Assembly: GCA_032718475.1 (NCBI GenBank)
Contig: JAUCBJ010006324.1
Location: forward strand, 1 to 32,033
Length of the DNA stretch: 32,033 bases
Direction of reading: 5' to 3'
DNA from: Nemertoderma westbladi
Lineage: Eukaryota; Animalia; Xenacoelomorpha
Below are positions 1 through 10,804 of this stretch, one piece after another. The stretch's first letter is position 1. Each line of letters opens with the position of its first letter. The notes below the pieces were generated by a model, which saw only the letters and a program-made list of their open reading frames with translations, was not told the DNA's origin and did no database searches. Both the position numbers and the translations under genes were made by a program.

Positions 1-531
1 TTCAATGTCCATTTATTGACACATCTTCCTGATTTTTGCTCTATGTATGGTGCACTGGATAAATGGAGTGCTTTCCAATTCGAATCGTTCATGGCTGTAC
101 TCAAGAAACGGTTGCGATCGAAACGATTAGATTTAATTCACAAGGAGGCAATAAGTGGAGTTTTATTTGATACCTGTTCCACAATTTGTGCTGAAAAAAC
201 ACTGAACCCTAAGGTTTTCTTGCCTAAAAAGGGGAACTGCATATTTATTGATGGTAGGTATATGTTGCTTTCTAAAGTTCAAACTTTCAGTACCAGTACC
301 GGTACCAATCTCGTAGTCTCAGGTCACTCACTGACATTTGTTGATGACGTTTTTACTGTTGTTGCTGGTCAGGAGATCTACAAAAGCCTTCCATTCGGGG
401 AAGGCTTTTTCAAGAAGGGAGCAATTATTTCAAACTTGTCCGTAGATAGTTCCATCTTCAAGTGGTGCATATGTTTTCCCCATTTGTTCAACAATGAGAA
501 TGTGTTTTATGTTACGATGTTTTGTAACTAA
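1..531 (+). CDS. CACTA/EnSpm (CMC)-type transposase, C-terminal part (5'-partial, begins before the window)
   Basis: Frame is open from base 1: FNVHLLTHLPDFCSMYGALDKWSAFQFESFMAVLKKRLRS, matching the NVHxLxHL...GxL...SAFxFE motif typical of the C-terminal region of animal EnSpm/CACTA transposases; stop TAA at 529-531. Confidence 0.72.
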   Translation, partial: FNVHLLTHLPDFCSMYGALDKWSAFQFESFMAVLKKRLRSKRLDLIHKEAISGVLFDTCSTICAEKTLNPKVFLPKKGNCIFIDGRYMLLSKVQTFSTSTGTNLVVSGHSLTFVDDVFTVVAGQEIYKSLPFGEGFFKKGAIISNLSVDSSIFKWCICFPHLFNNENVFYVTMFCN

Positions 532-812
532 ATTGTATTCCATGTATTACGCTACTTGTGAACTTTATATATTTACCATTACTATATTGACTCTCTAATA
601 ATTCATAACAAACTTTGATTCTGTAATTATCAATCGTTAAGTTTCAAACTACAGTATATACTTTGTAGATAAAACTATTTCACTTCTGTGAGCAGATGCT
701 GTAAACTCAATTAGAAGATACCTACCTACAGACCTATTATATATCCCGTTAATTATCATCACTTTTTATTATAATTGTATATTTTGTTACCGATTTCTTG
801 ACCTCATAAGCA

Positions 813-2093
813 ATGAGTTACAACCGGGAATTGCACCCATATACCGATGTGATTGTTTATTGTCGTAAAGATGAGTCGTTCTTTGTTGCTAATATTGAGG
901 CGGATGTAGACTTATCCGAAACGAATGGTGATCTCAGGGTTGGTGGCGGTTACTACGATGTCATCTATGATGGGAAACAATATTCACAGTGCAGTATTCT
1001 AACGCATGGCTATACTGAAGAAGAAGACTTCATGGTTATTCTCGAGAAAGCTCGGTCAATGAAATTATGTGGAAAGTTTCGCTTCGAACAAATATTTAAC
1101 GCAACACCGAGAGTTGTAGATAGAATGGGCGGGACTAGGAAGCGCCTAACGTTCAAGTCGTACAAATCGATAGGGCCAGCAATGGCATCTTCTGATGAAG
1201 ATGGCTGTACGCGACAACCCAGCAAACGTCCTAATATTTTTAGAGATAGACAACTGCATTCTGGCACTACGGAAGTAGAGTTTATATCTCCACCAGTAGC
1301 CCCTCAAGCTCAAGCATTACCAGCACCTATAATAAACCATCATACCGCCTCCAAGACTACCGGTATTTTGGAGAAGTTAGCTAATGATAAAACAGGTGAA
1401 GATGAATCCATTTACAACTCTGTGTATTGTCGAAAAAATACCAGGGAATGTAGTGTGAAAGTCTTCAACAAAGATGATAAGTTCGACATTAAGTCACTAA
1501 CGGATCGAGAGCTCCTAGAATGTACTTACCATTTGCAGGAAAACAATAGAAAGAGTATTTTGTCGCTAGAAATCAAGGTGGGAATGTTCCTTTCCAACAT
1601 GTCCAAATGGAAGAAAGAAATGCAGGCAACGATTAATGAACCCCAAGGAGAAAATTCTGATCTTCATCCAGCCAATACGATTGACGAATTGGTAGCTCTA
1701 GCTGAACATCCTAATGTAGTTTCGTATTTATCACTGCAAGGGGGTTGTAATTTTAGAAATGCACTTTGTCGACAATTTGAAGCGTTAATGTCAAGACAAC
1801 TCGCAAAGAAAGTGAACATTTCAGGTCGATCATCGGCAAAGGCAAAGGAATATTGTGAGTCGAAGGTTTCTCTCTCAAAGATTGGTATTATAAAGATACT
1901 TGAGAAAGTGAACCGCAATAGAGAGGGTTTCTCTAATGCAGCTCTGGAGCGTCACGTTCGCAGTGTGCATCATACGTATTGCGATATCCGGCGGTTTCAA
2001 GGAAACAAAGGTAAAAAGATTAATTTTTATATTATAAAATACATATCTTTTGTCTTACTTTACACCGCAACTTCTTTGTATTTTTTCAGATAA
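813..2093 (+). CDS. DUF4806-like protein, probable accessory ORF of the CACTA/EnSpm element (3' end probably spliced at 2010/2011)
   Basis: 426-aa ORF directly downstream of the transposase on the same strand. The segment HPANTIDELVAL...VSYLSLQGG...ALCRQFEALMSRQLAKKVNISGR...KVSLSKIGIIKIL resembles the DUF4806 pattern as I recall it. After AAAG|GTAAAA (2011) the sequence becomes intron-like and AT-rich. Confidence 0.58.
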   Translation: MSYNRELHPYTDVIVYCRKDESFFVANIEADVDLSETNGDLRVGGGYYDVIYDGKQYSQCSILTHGYTEEEDFMVILEKARSMKLCGKFRFEQIFNATPRVVDRMGGTRKRLTFKSYKSIGPAMASSDEDGCTRQPSKRPNIFRDRQLHSGTTEVEFISPPVAPQAQALPAPIINHHTASKTTGILEKLANDKTGEDESIYNSVYCRKNTRECSVKVFNKDDKFDIKSLTDRELLECTYHLQENNRKSILSLEIKVGMFLSNMSKWKKEMQATINEPQGENSDLHPANTIDELVALAEHPNVVSYLSLQGGCNFRNALCRQFEALMSRQLAKKVNISGRSSAKAKEYCESKVSLSKIGIIKILEKVNRNREGFSNAALERHVRSVHHTYCDIRRFQGNKGKKINFYIIKYISFVLLYTATSLYFFR

Positions 2094-2724
2094 TAATAAT
2101 TTTTTTCATAATTTTCAAATAATAATAATAAATAATCATTTTTATCCAAAAACCCATAACCTAGGCCAAAAGTTAGGTTTTTTGGGCTCATACCTAAAAA
2201 CCAACGTTGACCAAAAATGTATTATTAATTGCTTTGGTTCAATATCCTGGTGTCGTTAATGAAAAGGAGCAGGTTACAGTGACATGCAATTATGACCAGA
2301 TCAATAAACAAAAGTCAATAATACATGTTACAATTTAATCTTTGCTGGGAATAAATATATTTTCTGTATAAATAAAACTACTGTAGGCAACACCTAAGGC
2401 TAATGACGCAGGACCTAATTAAGTAACATAGTAACATAAAGGACCCCTTTGTAAATAATCCCTACTCCTTTCCCTAAATCGATAATTTAACATTGAGACA
2501 ATAGAGACATAATACAGAGATATTAATTCGCTGAGATGGGATTTGCGTTAACCCCACCCGCCACACCCCCCCCCCCCCCCCCCCCCGTCTCCAAAATATA
2601 ATACCTCTCCTCTAGTTTAGAGGTATTTGAACATCGATAAATCAAATTAGTGTATCATGTATCACACTGCATGTTATTTTTGTCATGCGCTGTTATTTTC
2701 ATTGAAAATTTATTTTTTTTACAG

Positions 2725-2849
2725 TCACGGATTCAATGGTAGAACCCGTAGTTGATGTAGTCACCATCGCGGGGACGATTATCGACGACCCTGGATCGCG
2801 GGACGACCCTGGGCTAATGGATATGACCAATCTTCTCCACGAAGCATGA
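2725..2849 (+). CDS. Putative terminal exon of the DUF4806-like gene
   Basis: Polypyrimidine acceptor TTTTTTTTACAG ends at 2724. A phase-1 join to the donor at 2010 gives ...GNK-V-TDSMVEPVVDVVTIAGTIIDDPGSRDDPGLMDMTNLLHEA*, in a GC-richer island within AT-rich DNA. Confidence 0.4.
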
Positions 2850-3597
2850 CACGTATGGGCCGCTAATATGAGTTCCAGCCACCCAAATACAGACTGCGAC
2901 ACTGAAGTTATTAATGAATTTGTACAATGTATAGCTGAAATTATACATATAATACTCTGTTGAACTGTGACTTAAGCGTTACAAAAACACCCCTTTGGAT
3001 TAAATAATTATTTTTAGAATTTACTTAAAATATGACGATAACCGCCTCCTGTGCAAAACAGCAACACCCCCCCCCCCCCCCCCCCCCCTTTCTGTAAAAT
3101 CTGTAAACCTTAATTTTCGACGATTATAACGTAGTAATTTTAGATTTCCAGAATAATTGTTGATACATTTCAATCAATCAATTGTTGAATTTATTAAATT
3201 TATTTAAAATTATTTCATTCATATTCAAATTTATTAAAAAAAAATATTATTGGATTTTTTACGAAATTTAATATCGGATTATACGTTAATAATATGTTAG
3301 CATTTTATTATATTCGATTTTATATAATCTGAGTGCATATTTTTATTATTAGTCAACTGTCTCTGTATTTCGTTTTAGTTAGTCTGTTACAAAGTCTGAA
3401 CCGTTAAAGTCTGTAGATACAAGAAGAAGACGCATGTCCGAATTAACTGATTATAGCTTATACTAAACATGACGAGGGTTGCATCCTTCCAACTGTTTAT
3501 TAATTTCGGATTGATTATTAATATAATACGCAACAGTGTTTGAAGAATTCACACTAATTGACTAATTCATGAAACTTGTAAAAATTTTCATTACGAT

Positions 3598-3883
3598 TAG
3601 GGATGTACTGGAATCGTTATTACAAATGCCGGAATATTCCAGCCGGAACCGGAATTTTTATAAAATAAAGCCTGGGTCCCAAAGTTGTGGTTAATTATTA
3701 TTAGTTAAACGTTTAATTTAAAAGTAAAGTTTTGTTCCAAAATAATAAGATCAGTAAGATGTTTTATAGAAAGTAAAGGAATATTTTAATCACAAAAAAT
3801 GTCGAAAATTCCGGCATTCCGGTCCCGGAATCGGTCCAAAATGGCCGGAATTCGGGCCGGAACGGAATTCCAGTACATCCCTA
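3598..3883. mobile_element. hAT-superfamily MITE (286 bp)
   Basis: Perfect 17-bp TIRs TAGGGATGTACTGGAAT / ATTCCAGTACATCCCTA; 8-bp TSD ATTACGAT at 3590-3597 and 3884-3891; internal CCGGAA subterminal repeats. Confidence 0.92.
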
Positions 3884-3940
3884 ATTACGATACTGCCATC
3901 ACATAGTTAATATCATAATATTAAACGTAGTTAAATATAT

Positions 3941-4042
3941 TCACGGTTCTTTTCTTTAATTTATTGACCAAGAAGTTATTCGTTTAATAATAATTTTAAA
4001 TGAATAACTCCTTGGCGAATTTATTACGGAAAAGAACCGTGA
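3941..4042. repeat. Fold-back (hairpin) element of about 100 bp
   Basis: Outer arms TCACGGTTCTTTTC / GAAAAGAACCGTGA and inner arms CCAAGAAGTTATTC / GAATAACTCCTTGG around an AT-rich loop. Confidence 0.75.
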
Positions 4043-4509
4043 CTACAATATTTATGTGAATTTTTAGTGAAATTAAATCCGAAACGTTCGCATCAATCGA
4101 TTGCTACAATTTTTGGGGCACCCCTTGAATATGCAAACCATAAAGTATTATATTTGTTTTATAGTAACTGTGTCGTAATTGAGTAACAACAACTGTGCAT
4201 GCAAATTCTAGTGTTATTATATTTTATATGGTTATACAATCTTCTGAAATGGTTTATAATAAATAATTGTTTATTAAAGAATGCTTTGTTACGTGAGACA
4301 CATTTTATACTGGGGATTGGTTGGTAATGATAGTTTAAATTATTACACACTCAGTAAAGTGATTGTGTTTGTGTTTGTTCTATTTTATAATAATTAAATC
4401 CGGACAAGGCATAAATATAATTGGCACTAAATTAATTCTATTTATATATTTGGCAATATATTATAAATATATTATATATTATAATAAATATATATATATC
4501 ACAACGCAA

Positions 4510-4805
4510 AGAAGTCACAAGTGAATCGCATGCGAGTTCTATGCGTCAGAACGCAGGCTGTTGCGATATTTATGCGAATGAACGCATGGAAACACATGTA
4601 AGTCGCAAGCAAATCACAAGTGAATCGCAAGTGGGTTCTATGCGACGGAACGCAAGCTGTTGTGATATTTATGCGAATGAACGCAAGCAGTTGCGATATA
4701 TATGCGACTGAACGCATGGAAACACATGAAAGTCGCAAGCAAATCACAAGTGAATCGCAAGTGGGTTCTATGCGACTGAACGCAAGCTGTTGCGATATTT
4801 ATGGG
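4510..4805. repeat. Tandem repeat, about 3 units of 100-130 bp (probable EnSpm subterminal repeats)
   Basis: CACAAGTGAATCGCA...TTCTATGCG..GAACGCA.GCTGTTG.GATATTTATG starts at about 4516, 4615 and 4745; the second unit has an extra subunit of about 31 bp. Confidence 0.85.
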
Positions 4806-4915
4806 ACATAACTCAAGTGGGTCGCTTGCGTAAGGGTCGGGCCATAACTCTTGCGAATCACATGAGATACGCCTGCGTTGCACGCTTGCGATACGCTTGC
4901 GCACTTTTCACTGGG

Positions 4916-5409
4916 TGTATCCGCTGCAAAAAGGTGTTGTTCATGCAGGAAGCGGGATAAGCGCTTCCAACGGGTGGATGCATTGTACCTATTGTATCGG
5001 GGTCCTTGTGTAGATCCGAGGTCTCCGTTTGTGTCTGACAGAATGAATGGAATGAGACTACAGCGGCCAAGAATGCAGTTAAGGCTGCATCTAGGTCCAT
5101 GAACAGGCAGTACTCTGTTAATTTACAGGAGCTAATAAACCAACAGGTTGATGCCATCAATGATGCTGACGACAGCAGGCAATCATCCCAGGCATGGAGA
5201 TCGATCAACTTGCTTGCTGGTCGAAAAAGCCAACCACCCACCAAGGTTAAGGCTGAATCACCAGCCGATCGCCTCAATGGTTGGAAGGCCCACTTTGAAA
5301 AGCTCCTCAATAATGACAGGGTATTGCCTGATAACTTTATAGAAGTAAAAGTGTCTCTTAAAAATGCAGCTGCAATGCAGCATGCCGATCCTAGTAGTAG
5401 TAGTAGTAG
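4916..5409 (+). pseudogene. RTE-clade LINE fragment (endonuclease-RT linker plus probable 3' end with (TAG)6 tail)
   Basis: QQVDAINDADDSRQSSQAWRSINLLAGRKSQPPTKVKAESPADRLNGWKAHFEKLL aligns by eye with QDRTEAITTTHIQQQSRLTWLTVNEVSGRKSCAKGRLKADSPEERVGKWKNHFSNLL of the LINE at 21098-23564. The fragment ends in six TAG units at 5392-5409, the same tail as that LINE. Confidence 0.75.
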
Positions 5410-5612
5410 AGAGTTAGTCAGTACAGTGTCCACACTGACCGTGAGATAGTCAGTGTCCACACCTACAGAGAGTTAGTCATTATCCACATTTACCGAGAGT
5501 TAGTCAGTGTCCACACATACCGAGAGTTAGTCAGTGTCCGCACCTACAGAGAGTTAGTCAGTATCCATACTTACCAAGAGTTATTCAATGTCCAACCACA
5601 ACTTACCGAGAC
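5409..5612. repeat. 27-bp minisatellite, about 7 units (copy 1)
   Basis: Unit GAGAGTTAGTCAGTGTCCACACTTACC; the terminal variant units match those at 20880-21013. Confidence 0.9.
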
Positions 5613-7043
5613 TTAAAATGCGATTCTAGTTTATTAGCTTTCATTTGCGTTATAGAATATAGGTGCGTTCATATAACGTATGTTTATGTAAGGGTAGAAG
5701 CGTTGCAAATTTCAATTAGACGTTACCCACATTATATCCAGACATACCCCATACGTATGCGTATGCGAACGCACCTGAAGTCAGTGTTAGCATTTACCGA
5801 TAGTAAGGCAGTGTCGCAGATAATTAAAAAGATATTGAAAAATTAAAGCTTGGACCGGGCGGGCGGGATACGAATCGTGTGAGTACACCGAAGCTAAGCT
5901 ACCCTCAAATCCACACTAATAGTTCAAAAAGTCCATATCCTGGAAAACCCTAACTATTACTGTAGTTGGTTTTGTTTCGTTTTCTTACCTTCCCCTCCCC
6001 CTTTCTCTCCTTTCCAACCCACGCTTACTTGGTTGATGGCCGGCCCTGCAATGTATTGGTTGTGGGTTCGAGCCCCGCCAGGGTTCACTCAGCCTATAAT
6101 TCCCCCCTGGGTCGACAAAACGAGAACCAGTTGAATTACTGGGAGCAAAACTTTAGCGACCACCCCTACCTTCGGGCCTGCCTTCGGCTTCATTATCTAA
6201 TTTCACCTATTGTGTGGATATTACAGACATTTGACTGCCAACAACTTTAAATTTCCAATGTCCAAGACTAAATTTAATAAATAATTTATAAAGTTTCCGA
6301 TATTTCAATTTTTTGTTGATTTCTTTTGGTGTATGTTTGTTGTTTACCTTATGAAAGCTGATAAATTCTTATTAAGCAAGCAGCACATAATTTTATATTC
6401 TCGGATACTTAGGCCGGAGTTCCCATCCCGTCTAAACACTTTTTTTAAACGTCAATTACAATACAATTTCTACTGAAATTAAAATATTTTGATTTTATAC
6501 AGAATGGGCTGTTAGAATATGGCTCAAATTTCCACTCGCCCTCTAGCGGCCATTGAATTAAATAAGTGTTGCGGTTAGAATGCTACTAGTAATTCAATTT
6601 TAGGTTAAATTTTCTGAAACCAATAACCGATAACCTAACCGATAACTTTTACAGAACAGCCGAAACCCTTTCAAATGAGCCAAAAATAAAGAAAATTGGT
6701 TAAAAAATGGCGGAGGAGTAGTTGAAAAATGTCATTCCGAGATAATTGCTTTCAAATTTTAAACCAGTCCCGCCAAATGTGGCTGTCTGTGGTCTGGTTG
6801 GTTAATCATTTCTGGAACGAACGAAGCACATCACCGAGCTAAAACTTTCAATATTGGGGTTTTCGGGATCGCTGATTTCATTTCCAATGTCAGTTTTAAG
6901 GTTTGGTGGAATCTGTATCCAGCTGCAAGTGTAACAAGTTTATTGTCGAATAAAAATTACAATTTATCTCCCTCAACCGGTATATATTTACTCGCGAGAA
7001 ACGAATACCGGTATTCCAATACCGATATATAAATATTTCCCAC
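5613..7043 (+). repeat. Segmental duplication block B, copy 1 (paralog of 21014-21097 + 23575-25141)
   Basis: Long near-identical colinear sequence, for example TTAAAATGCGATTCTAG, CCCTCAAATCCACACTAATAG and CTCGCGAGAAACGAATACCGG, present in both copies with several indels. Confidence 0.95.
6028..6190 (+). mobile_element. tRNA-derived SINE with Deu/Nin-like core (copy 1)
   Basis: Pol III B-box GGTTCGAGCCC (6065-6075) followed by GTTCACTCAGCCT...GGGTCGACAAAACGAGAACCAG, resembling the conserved Deu/Nin SINE domain (from memory). The A-box is degenerate and the boundaries are approximate. Confidence 0.65.
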
Positions 7044-7404
7044 TTAAACACTTTATATTACTAATTGTATTTAACTAATTTTATAAAACCAACAGCAAAA
7101 TGGTAAAGATTAATAATATCCTTAAAAAAATACCATAAAGATGTGAATTATATTAACTAATTAATTATGAATTATTTAACTAATGGGTTAGTTACTGAAT
7201 TATTTGTCGTCCCCCTATACCACCCAGATGTTCAAATAAACAAATAATATAACTTAACAAATAGCTTAACAAATAATATAGATGGATTATAATCTATGTG
7301 AAACTGAAACTAACTGTATGTCTGCCAGTTAATTCCGATAATAATTACAGTGTTTCGAACCCATTTATTTGTTTTGTTTTAATTATTTTACCTACGCTTA
7401 TGTA

Positions 7405-7437
7405 GTGTTGTTACCAACCAATCCCGGAAAAAATAAC
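7405..7437 (+). repeat. 33-bp inverted repeat, left arm (partner 14199-14231)
   Basis: GTGTTGTTACCAACCAATCCCGGAAAAAATAAC is the reverse complement of 14199-14231 with 2 mismatches. Confidence 0.8.
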
Positions 7438-7854
7438 ATATTCGCAATGATAACCTATCTAAAAATAGTGTTATTTTAGTCCTAGGAAAAAATAACACAT
7501 TTATTTTTCAACACTCCGGTATCTGCATGTTGAAATTATATTTTATGCCTGTTTGCCGTGTTGTGAATACAGTAGTTAGCTTACGGTACCGGTACCTTTA
7601 CTAACATGAGTGAAAGTGAAAGTTGTAAGAATAAGACTAGCGTAGGCCTATGGTATGTTTTAAGTTCAGAGTGTAGGTAGACTGACTGAATGCATCGTAC
7701 AGTACAGGTAGCGGTACCACAGCTTCCTTTAAGGTCTCAATCACATCACTGCCTTACAACTACAGAACCTACCTGACCGGTAGGCCTACAGAACAGAGCA
7801 TATTGGGGAATAATTGAATGTACCGGCACTAGCAAACTAAACGGGAAATGCAGC

Positions 7855-9462
7855 ACTGGTAGGCCTACACTACAAGTTCAGATTGCACACTCGACTCAGC
7901 CTACTCAGATATCTTTTACTTTCGGTATTTGACAATTATGGACAGCAGCATCCTGATCATGGCAGGAATGCCATTCTCAACAGTTTCTACGATTCTACCA
8001 TATAAGACGGACGTACCAGACAGACAGACTTGTACCTACCAGTTGTAAATAACGTACGTTTACATACTGCGCATGCACAATGCTGTAGAACTACGGTACC
8101 GGTACAACGATAATAAAATTTAAGAAATTCCACCAAAAATATTATATTTTACTTTTTCGCCAGGAAAAAAAGTTAAATGTTTTCTCCAGCTTTTGGTCTA
8201 AATTCGGGCGAAAAAGTAACAATTTAAGAATAAATAATTATTTATTACATGGGAAAAAAATTAGAACTTTTTTTCATTATTCTCGAGGCATTTTATTTAC
8301 CGAGCGCCAGCGAGGTTAATAAAGGGTTGATAGAATATTGAGAAACAAAATGTTCTACTTTTTTCTCATATACTGTACGGTAGTACGTAAGTTTATTCTT
8401 AAGTTAAATTGGTACATCGTATACAGTATGGTAAGTCTACAGTACATTGGATAACGTACAGCGATATAGAGTTACAAAATAAATTAAGCTGTAGTATTTT
8501 ACTATATTGCTTCCATAGTTACTGCGATTCAAATTCTTGTACTCTGGGTTTAACTCATGATTCTGATTACTCAACGTTAAATAATTCAATGTTCTCGAAT
8601 ATTTATTACGTAACTAGAGAGCCGATTAACAACATAAACCAATATTGGATATTGAGTTCCGTTTTGGAGTACGCCTTGTAATTACTAAAGTTACAATAAC
8701 TTTTGAGTGCTTGCATAGATTTAGCACAAATTACTTGCAAACCTTTTCTACGTCGATGCTCTTCCAACACAATTAATGAAATCTAAAAAATGACACCAAA
8801 AATATTTTATTTTCCTATTTTCGCCGGGAAAAAAGTAAAATTAATGCAATCGTATGGATACTATTTTCCTATGGAAAAAGTACCTCCTTTTCCCGATTTT
8901 TGGGTATACAGTATTCGATCGAAAGAGTACGTGGACGCTAACAATTTAAGAGTAATATTACATACAGTAAGTTGTGAAATCGGTATTACTGTTGGCATTA
9001 ATATGTAAAATTTTTACAGCAATCTAACGTGTAATGTATACCTACTGTACTTTATGTTACCCTGATAGGTTACCCCTCCCTATAAGGAAATACAATATGT
9101 CAGTATGTGTGTGATTATATTTTGTGAATGATTTTTACCCTTTCGCGAGTCGCACTGGTTTCGGAAACTTGGGTTTCATTGAATTTTGAAGTACAAAAAA
9201 TCAAGTGCTGGCGGAATTTATTGCATCGAAGCGAAGTGTTTGGGTTAGGCCTTACTTTACATACATTTTCTGCCATTTTTTATACAAAGGTAAATGCTGA
9301 GTGATAAAATAAAAATATGCATTGCGTGTGCAATAAATCGTTAAAATGCATCAATGCGTCTTTTCACCTATTCTCACACGAATGGTTCTGTCTACATTGT
9401 GTCTCACCCAATTCCACACGATGTAACTCTCTCAGCTGTCCCGAGTAGACTCCCATCACTAT
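7855..9462 (+). repeat. 1.6-kb direct repeat, copy 1
   Basis: 7855-8914 equals 10805-11864 (I count 5 substitutions in 1060 bp); 9055-9462 equals 13428-13841 (a 6-bp indel and few substitutions). Confidence 0.95.
8249..8369. repeat. Imperfect palindromic element with CCGAGCGCCAGCGAGG centre (second copy at 11199-11319)
   Basis: Arms ATGGGAAAAAAATTAGAAC...TATTCT and AGAATATT...GTTCTACTTTTTTCTCAT are reverse-complementary around a GC-rich core. Confidence 0.65.
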
Positions 9463-10804
9463 ACACATTAGTAATGCGGAGGTCCAGCCACTAGAGGCCA
9501 GTGGAATGACTGGACACAATCGGCCTCACAGGCGTCAGTTATCTCCTGACCGGCTGCCTGTCCCCTACTGGAGAGAGAGAGCTGCAAACAATTCTTTGAG
9601 TCCCTTTCCTGATGACCATTCTGGCCCAAACCCTGGGTCACCAGGGAGGCCAGATTGTGAGGGGGAGAGGGATTCTGGAGTTGGAGGCTACTCTCATGTT
9701 CCACCCCGATCAACAAAGCCATTGGTGAATCTGAGGCAAGTCACTAGACTAGCCTCAGTAAACACCCTAACACTCGGGTCCCCAATGCGACAAGGTGAGC
9801 TGACTGCCTTGGCAGATAAGCTTTCTCTTAGTGCAGTGGGTGTTCAAGAGCACCGAATGCAGACTGGACAGACTGATGAGGTTCTGATTAAGGACATGGG
9901 GGGCGGTTGGCGACTCGCTCTCGCTTCAGCAGATGATAGTGGCAATGGTGGAATTGGTCTATTGATGAATCCAACTGCACATGCAGCATTGGACAAAATA
10001 GACCAAATCTATACCTGCATCATCCGTTGCCACTTCTAATGTTCTGCAAGACTGGCTAAGAAGTTTCCTAAGGTGGTTCTGATTGTGTGCTACTCTCCAA
10101 CTAGTGTTGCCCCTGTAGAGGAGGTGGAAAATTTCTACCAGAATCTACAAGCAGCTACTGATGGAGTGGATCAGCATGCATTCTTAACATTCCTGGGAGA
10201 CTTTAATGCAAGTCTGCATCAATCAACTACATCGCCCTGGGTCTATAGCAATAGTGTTAACCGAAATTCCGTCCATCTTCAGGATTTTATCTCCGGAAAT
10301 GGATTGTTTTCGGCTGGAACCCAGTTCAAGAAACGAACTTGAAAGCTATGGACTCATAGTGGACCCAGTGGTCACAAGTCCCAGATAGACCATATCCTGT
10401 TTCGTAGGAAATACAGGAGCTCTATACAAGACTGTAATGCATATACACTGCGACCCTTCTCCAGTGATCACCGCCTTATTGTGGCCAAGGTAAGACTTAG
10501 TCTGCGTGCTAGCAGAACAACGAAATCTGCCTTGCCGCGGCATGACTGGTCCTCTCTGTTGCAACAGCCAATTGTGAGATCCAGCTTCACACTACAGCTG
10601 AGCAACAGGTATGAGGTTCTTGCCTCTGAGGCGGCAGATCACTGTGAGGGCTATACTGCCTTCACAGAGGCAGTTAAGTTAGCAGCTGCAGAAACAGTTC
10701 CTGTATACCCTCGAAACAGGAAACGGACCCCCTGGACTGACAACAAAATTCAGAAGTGCCGAAATCACATTAACAAGGCGCAGAAAGAGTCCCGACTCAA
10801 ACAG
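9463..10804 (+). pseudogene. RTE-clade LINE, 5' part with APE-type endonuclease; 3'-truncated, two premature stops
   Basis: ORFs 9506, 10073 and 10481 share one frame, broken by stops ending at 10039 and 10342. APE motifs: SVNTLTL, GVQEHR, GGIGLL, CYSPT, LGDFNA, QIDHIL, SDHRLIVAKVRLSLR. Confidence 0.88.

Larger units (their letters stand above)
1..4915 (+). mobile_element. Right part of a CACTA/EnSpm-like DNA transposon
   Basis: Transposase and accessory ORF, subterminal tandem repeats (4510-4805), and terminus TTTTCACTGGG (reverse complement CCCAGTGAAAA, a CCCAG-type end) at 4905-4915, immediately followed by a LINE fragment that starts abruptly. The left TIR is outside the window, so the extent is inferred. 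Confidence 0.5.

Noticed and set aside
2341-2349. TTTGCTGGG as the right terminus of the EnSpm element
   Set aside because: No subterminal repeats or partner; the same motif also occurs at about 12378; a candidate exon and a better terminus lie downstream.
2566-3087. Two poly-C tracts of about 21 nt
   Set aside because: Simple homopolymers without supporting structure; lengths may be unreliable.
6060-6080. tRNA gene
   Set aside because: Only a B-box; no cloverleaf; followed by SINE core sequence.
8409-8681. Duplicated 90-aa ORF (also 11359-11631)
   Set aside because: Non-ATG start, no recognisable motif; identity simply reflects the recent duplication.
9055-9462. Solo LTR (TG...CA-like ends)
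   Set aside because: No 4-6-bp TSD, PBS or PPT; the CA end is present in only one copy; colinear with the larger duplication.
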